From assembly GCA_951406725.2 (NCBI GenBank), contig OX597832.1, positions 32,612,001 through 32,676,000 of the forward strand: DNA of 64,000 nt, written 5' to 3'. The translations under genes and the position numbers were made by a program. Of this stretch, positions 56,860 through 64,000 are shown in pieces. The notes below the pieces were generated by a model that saw nothing but the letters and a program-made list of their open reading frames with translations, ran no database searches and had not been told where the DNA came from. The first letter of the stretch is position 1. Each line of letters opens with the position of its first letter. The DNA is from Octopus vulgaris (Eukaryota).

Positions 56860-57787
56860 AAATTTGGCTGAAAAGGTCCCAGTTTTTCCTTGAAACACTC
56901 ATGAAATGTGGACAATATGTGACCCTTTTTCCATCAACGTTGGAGTGATTAAAACACATTGGTTAACACGTTTTCATCTTGTTGTGAAACAAACATACCA
57001 ATGGCAGATATGACGTCATCATCACTGCCATGCTCTTTACCAGCCAAGCAATACTATATTTTGGGGAGAACAGACGAATTTCAGATGAGGCCAAATCAGT
57101 TCAAAACTACAATCTCACAGTGCAGTTATTGGAAGCGAGTAGTTCTCTGCTGGAGCATTGTCCTTATGAAGCAAGACGTTTCCGTAAGATGAACCTAACA
57201 TTCATACTGGTTGAGGAAACTTTCAGGGAAACCAGCAGAATCTGCATGAAGCAATATCAGATTTCGCCATGATGTGAACGGCCGGTGCACTTTTGACGAG
57301 GAGTTAAAAGACCAAAATAGATAGCATCGCTATGCCAAGTTCCTTGCGCAGAATTTCCTCAAGTATCTCAGAGGACATACTCACAACTTCGACATTTTGG
57401 TTTATAGCCAATCGTCTGTAATACATCAACATCTGTCGAACACGATCAATGGTTGTTTTCGGTGTTGGAAGCTGCAGGCTGTCCAGACATTTGGACATTT
57501 TCAAGACCGTCTCTTGCCCTCTCCAAATTAGTTGTTCTCGTTTGCACAGTTAATAAAGATGGCACATGTCAGCTTGAATAAAGTTAGAGGCTAAACCCTA
57601 CTTTTGAAGGTACTTGATAAAACCACGATACATTTGAAGTCTTCTTTGACCTGTCAAATGTCAATTTATCTGGAAAGGAACAACACAGTTGTTAATAAGA
57701 CGGCTTGTAATTAATGTATGCAAAATTTCACAGCTGTAGCGTTATCTCTTCACAGTCAACCTATGGACTTTTCAGCCACCATCCTAA
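56860..57787 (-). mobile_element. Degenerate mariner transposon
   Basis: TIR-like ggtggctgaaaagtccataggttgac at about 57780 and ggctgaaaaggtcc at about 56866. Transposase pieces IDRVRQMLM..RRL..I..ILRKELG and VLLHKDNAPA. Confidence 0.75.
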
Positions 57788-58109
57788 GTCACACTTCACC
57801 ATCGTAAATGTCATTTTAATTGCGCTCAGCTTAAACACAACTCGCGGTCGTAATGGTTGTTTTCACTGTTGAAACGAGCAACAACATGCGCAATAAGATC
57901 ATTATCATCATCATCATCGACATCATCGTCGTCGTCGTCGTCATAATCAACGTAATCATCATCATCGTCGTCATCATCATCAAAATCTTTATCATCATGA
58001 TCATCATGATTATAATCGTCATAATCATGTAAGAAGCATTTACATAAAATACAGAATAGACAACTCATCAAAAAGTGATAAGTGCAGAATTTGTAGACGA
58101 AACAGTGAA

Positions 58110-58330
58110 ACCGTACGGCATATTACCAGTCAACGTACGACACCAGCCCAGAAAGAATATAAGAGACGCCACGACAATATAGCAAGGACACTTTGCGAGA
58201 ATTATGATCTTGACAGAGCAAAAAAATTGGTAGGACCACAAACCAGAAGTCATCATCGAAAATGATAATGTAAAGATTCTGTGGGATTTTATGATTTAGT
58301 GCGACCAAGAGACAGAGAATAGGAAGCTGT
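58110..58330 (+). mobile_element. R4/Dong-like retrotransposon RLE-region fragment
   Basis: AQKEYKRRHDNIAR and W*DHKPEVIIENDNVKILWDFMI. Confidence 0.8.
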
Positions 58331-58929
58331 GTAACGACAATAAAATAAAAATAATAAATATTTGGTATAAAAGATGGTCTACAGCAAATATTCGGCTCAA
58401 TACCACAGATTTGCTTGTTATTTGTTTGGCCTTAACCAGTTGACCATGTCCCTTAGTGGCTGATGATATGTGCATCTCTGATCATGGGCAGAAGTAGTGG
58501 GGGAGCATCATAGCTATGTATTGAGGGGAATTTTACTATAGGCACAAAGTCTGAAATCTTAGTGGAAGGTGCTGGTCGCTTGCATCCAACCCAGTACTCG
58601 TCTGGCATTTATTGCATTATCATTAACATTATGCCATTCAAGGAGCCAGTCACTGTGCGCCACGGCGTCGCCGTCATCCTCATCATCAGAGTCATCATCA
58701 TCATCTTCACCATTATCCTGTGAACCACTTAGAATTAATTCTCAGATCCATAGAAATATTTATTCTTACGACGTTAGTTCTCAATTACATATTCTTCGCT
58801 ACCGTATCTCTCTGATCTTTGAAACATAACCGAATAAACTGAGAAAGGAAATAAAATATGGAACCACATCAACAACAGCAACGACACCAAACGGCAAAGT
58901 AACACAACTCATACCAATAACAAAAACAA

Positions 58930-60440
<1,511 letters not shown>

Positions 60441-60730
60441 GGGTGATGATGCTGGTGGATGTGAAGGCTTCGTCACACAATGTATTATTCGGGCTGCCAT
60501 GAAATGTGATAATATTAAGTGAAATATTAAAAGACATCAAAGGTCCAGTAATTAATGAGGTGTATCGTTACATATTGAAAAACAATAGCGCTGCCATTGA
60601 TTCCAAGAAATAATCATACAATAAACACATAATGACCGCTTTGATGTTAAACTTCTCTAATTACAAACATTTTCTTCTTTGCCTATGAAATATTAATAAA
60701 AGCCAAACTGCTGCTGCGAGAAATCTAGTA

Positions 60731-60792
<62 letters not shown>

Positions 60793-61023
60793 CATGTATA
60801 TAGCTACACATAAATAGATAGACATATATATATATATATACACACACGCATCTGCATGTGTGTGCTTGTTTATGCATCTGTATATGTTTATATGTATACC
60901 TTTATATGTATGTATATATTATACCCTTGTTCATATACATAAATACACAAATACACCCACACACATGCATGCATACACGATCGTGGTCACGTGCCTATGT
61001 AATCAGGGAAATGTACATAAACG

Positions 61024-61061
<38 letters not shown>

Positions 61062-61111
61062 TATAAATGCATATATATATATTTATATACATATACATAA
61101 GTATGTATATA

Positions 61112-61152
<41 letters not shown>

Positions 61153-61172
61153 GTACATGTATATATATATGC

Positions 61173-61212
<40 letters not shown>

Positions 61213-61233
61213 GCGTGTGCGTTCATATATATG

Positions 61234-61356
61234 TATGTGTGTGTGCGCATGCGCTCATATACGTGTGTGTTTGTGTTTGTATTTTCATAGAAAATATGTG
61301 TGTGTGCGCATGCGCTCATATACGTGTGTGTTTGTGTTTGTATTTTCATAGAAAAT
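61234..61356. repeat. Perfect 61-bp tandem duplication
   Basis: tatgtgtgtgtgcgcatgcgctcatatacgtgtgtgtttgtgtttgtattttcatagaaaa occurs twice in tandem. Confidence 0.9.
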
Positions 61357-62039
61357 AACTTAGTAAAACCACTTGAGGAATGCTAACCACCAATTTATCG
61401 ACTTCATATGACAAATCAGAATTAATGGGGATTTAAAGAGTTACGAAATTGATAAATCGTTCAAGGACAAACGTATGTATATATATATATGCGCGTGGGT
61501 GTATATTTGTGCGTGTGTTTGTGTGTATACGTGTGTGTTTGCGTGTGTGTTTGTGTGAGTGTGTGAATGTATATCCAAATATACGCAAAGTAATTTTCTA
61601 ACGACAAAGCTACAATGACAAAAATGAGTGTAAGGAACAGGAAGAGACTCTACCCTCATCGTTTATTATTCTGAGATCAGAGATCGTATATTTAATGTTA
61701 TATATTAAAGAATTTAATTGTCTATTATTTTCAAAGGAGATAATAGGCATTGTTTTATTTATTGCTTTTCATTTATGATAATATTGAGCCATTTTATGTG
61801 TGTTTTGTTTTTGTTTTTCTACTTTGTTTTTTCTTTTTCCACGATGCTCTTTTGACATTTCATATCTAGAATTATGTGCTGCCGTATTGCAATTCGTATT
61901 TTACCTGAAGCATTTTCTTTGAATATATACACACATGTGTGTGTGTATATATATATATGTGTGTGTGTGTAGTAAGAGAGAGGGAGAGAGAGAGAGAGAG
62001 AGCGAAAGATAGATAGATAGATACGTGTATATATCTATA

Positions 62040-62076
<37 letters not shown>

Positions 62077-62229
62077 TTATGTTTCTATATATATATATTT
62101 ATATTTATATACGTACACATACATACACACATGCACACAAATACATATATATGAATATATATATATACAGACACAGACAGTGTGAGAGAGAGAGAGAGGG
62201 AGAGAAAGAGGGAGGGGAAGAGAGGGAGA

Positions 62230-62533
62230 GAGAAGGTCATGCATGGAAGATCTCATAGTGAGATATGGTTGTGGTGGCTGAAAAAAAACTGTAGAGTGGG
62301 AAAGAATTTGCTAGTCGCGTTAACCATTTGCGTTAGTGAATGTAGTATGATGTCACAGAAGGAGACCAAGATAAGACAAACGGTGAGAATAATCTACTGA
62401 GAATTATGCAGAAAGCCATGATTTGTCAATGCTAAGAATTGGTATGAACATGAAGCTAGTATAGTGCAAGTATGTGAGAAGTATAATGTTTTGAAGGATT
62501 TTCACATTGAGACTGACAGATTGATAGAAACTC
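62230..62533 (+). mobile_element. R4/Dong-like retrotransposon fragment
   Basis: Across frames: KVMHG, VSECSMMSQKE, KNWYEHE and DFHIETDRLIE. Confidence 0.7.
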
Positions 62534-62534
62534 T

Positions 62535-63160
62535 GAAGGTTAGTTTAAAAGTTTATGGGCTGACCAAGATACTCCAATGGAATGTGACCAAATGACGTTT
62601 ATTTTCCAACATATTCCTCTTTGCGCCCCACAAAATTCTTCCATCGGTGTTGCAGTTCCTGGACTCAATTGTTGAAGCAGTTTTCCTCCTGTTGTTGGAA
62701 ACACTCATCAACCGCAGACGTTCCGTCATCATTATTTCGATTAAATGATAGACGGAACCGAATCAGGCGAATATGGGGAGAAATCCACCAGTTCATATAA
62801 ACGCACATCTTCCATTAAAACCAATGTCCTGATTGCTGGAGCATTGTCCTGATGAATCGAGTCTCCATTAATCAGATTTCCTGGGCGGTTGTTCTTCATA
62901 GCTTTCAATAATTGTATCAGCAAGTTCGTATAGTATTCTCCATTGATCGTGTGTCCCCTTTGGAGAGACTCACTATGCTCAATGCCATTTGCATAAAAAA
63001 AATAAATCTGAGGCCAAAACTTTCCCTGGAGATGAAACGAACTTAGCCTTCTATGAAGAAAGTTGGGGGTGTTTTTTCACTGTATGGACTGCCATTTTAT
63101 CTCTGGCATAAAGTGATGAACACAACAGTTATCATGAGTTAGGAAACATCTTTAGATATT
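62535..63160 (-). mobile_element. Mariner (DD34D) transposon 3' half remnant
   Basis: HQDNAPA and SPYSPDSVPS (the YSPDLAPSD motif), with a TIR-like aaaagtttatgggctgaccaagatactc at about 62545. Confidence 0.85.
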
Positions 63161-63728
63161 CCATTCTAGCCTATTCCGTCCATACGAATTGCAATGCATA
63201 TATATTAATATATCAGCACGTTTTCTCTCAGTATGTTCCTTGAAAAGAAAATGCGCGTATGACTGTGTGTGTATCTTGTTCAATACTAATGTTGCTTCCC
63301 ATAATCCACTGCTAAATGACGGTATATGTCCTTAATTGAGAAATGAAGATAGATCGGCCGCACTTAAAGCTATATAAGGAAGAAAAATATACACGTACGT
63401 ATATATGTCTCTATATATACATATGCAAGTATATCTATCTGTCTATCTCTCTACCTGCCTATATATCTATCTATCAATCTATCTACCTACCTATCTACCT
63501 TCAACATCCTTAAACAACCCAATGGACCTTCTGGGCAGGATGTGCTACTCGATTTGAAGGACATTCTAATTGGGCCTCACCTGCAAGATCATGCGTTGTT
63601 TATCTTGGTATCAAATTCAAGGGACACTTTGCTTGTTTATGACTGTCTCTGTCTTTCTTGTTTACTATGTAAATATTCTTTTAAAAGCCTTTTCTTTTAA
63701 TTTTTCCAAAATTTAATTGCTTCCCATA

Positions 63729-63770
63729 CTTACTGTTGAAAAAGTCTCAATGACTGAAACCTGTAATGAA
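63729..63770 (+). ncRNA. Hammerhead-like motif with CUGUUGA core
   Basis: CUGUUGA (63733-63739) AAA AGUC-UCAAU-GACU GAAA CCUG UA. Near-palindromic stem III and weak stem I. Confidence 0.45.
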
Positions 63771-63819
63771 ATGTTTGTTTTTTCATAAAATTATTTCAGC
63801 GTTTCTCCCTTGACTCTTT

Positions 63820-63934
<115 letters not shown>

Positions 63935-64000
63935 ATGATATATGCAGACAGCTAGATAGGGTGATAGGTAGATAGAGTGATAGAGAGAAAGAAAGAAAGA

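Overview
AT-rich, microsatellite-saturated animal genomic DNA, intronic or intergenic in character. The SINE and repeat repertoire resembles what I recall from Octopus/coleoid cephalopod genomes (inference, not verified). I found no intact protein-coding gene, and almost all ORFs in the track are translations of (TA)n, (CA)n, (GATA)n and (AAT)n repeats. Recognisable content is decayed mobile DNA: an L1/Tx1-like LINE (ORF1 zinc knuckle plus APE endonuclease), R4/Dong-like, RTE and CR1/L2-like RT fragments, mariner/Tc1 remnants and many tRNA-derived SINEs. There are also a few candidate exons of unknown transcripts. The main result is a dense set of type I hammerhead ribozyme (HHR) motifs: about 9 copies from about 8 apparently unrelated sequence families. 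Most follow CUGANGA-stemII-GAAA-palindromic stem III-UA and sit in short non-coding elements in or beside (TA)n tracts, several with an inverted partial copy of their own end. One copy (52898-52989, minus) looks intact. Another is the tail of an element with a tRNA-derived head and an (AAT)n linker (18080-18494). This points to non-autonomous Penelope-like/retrozyme-type elements, including a putative hammerhead SINE and variant cores (CCGACGA, CUGUUGA).
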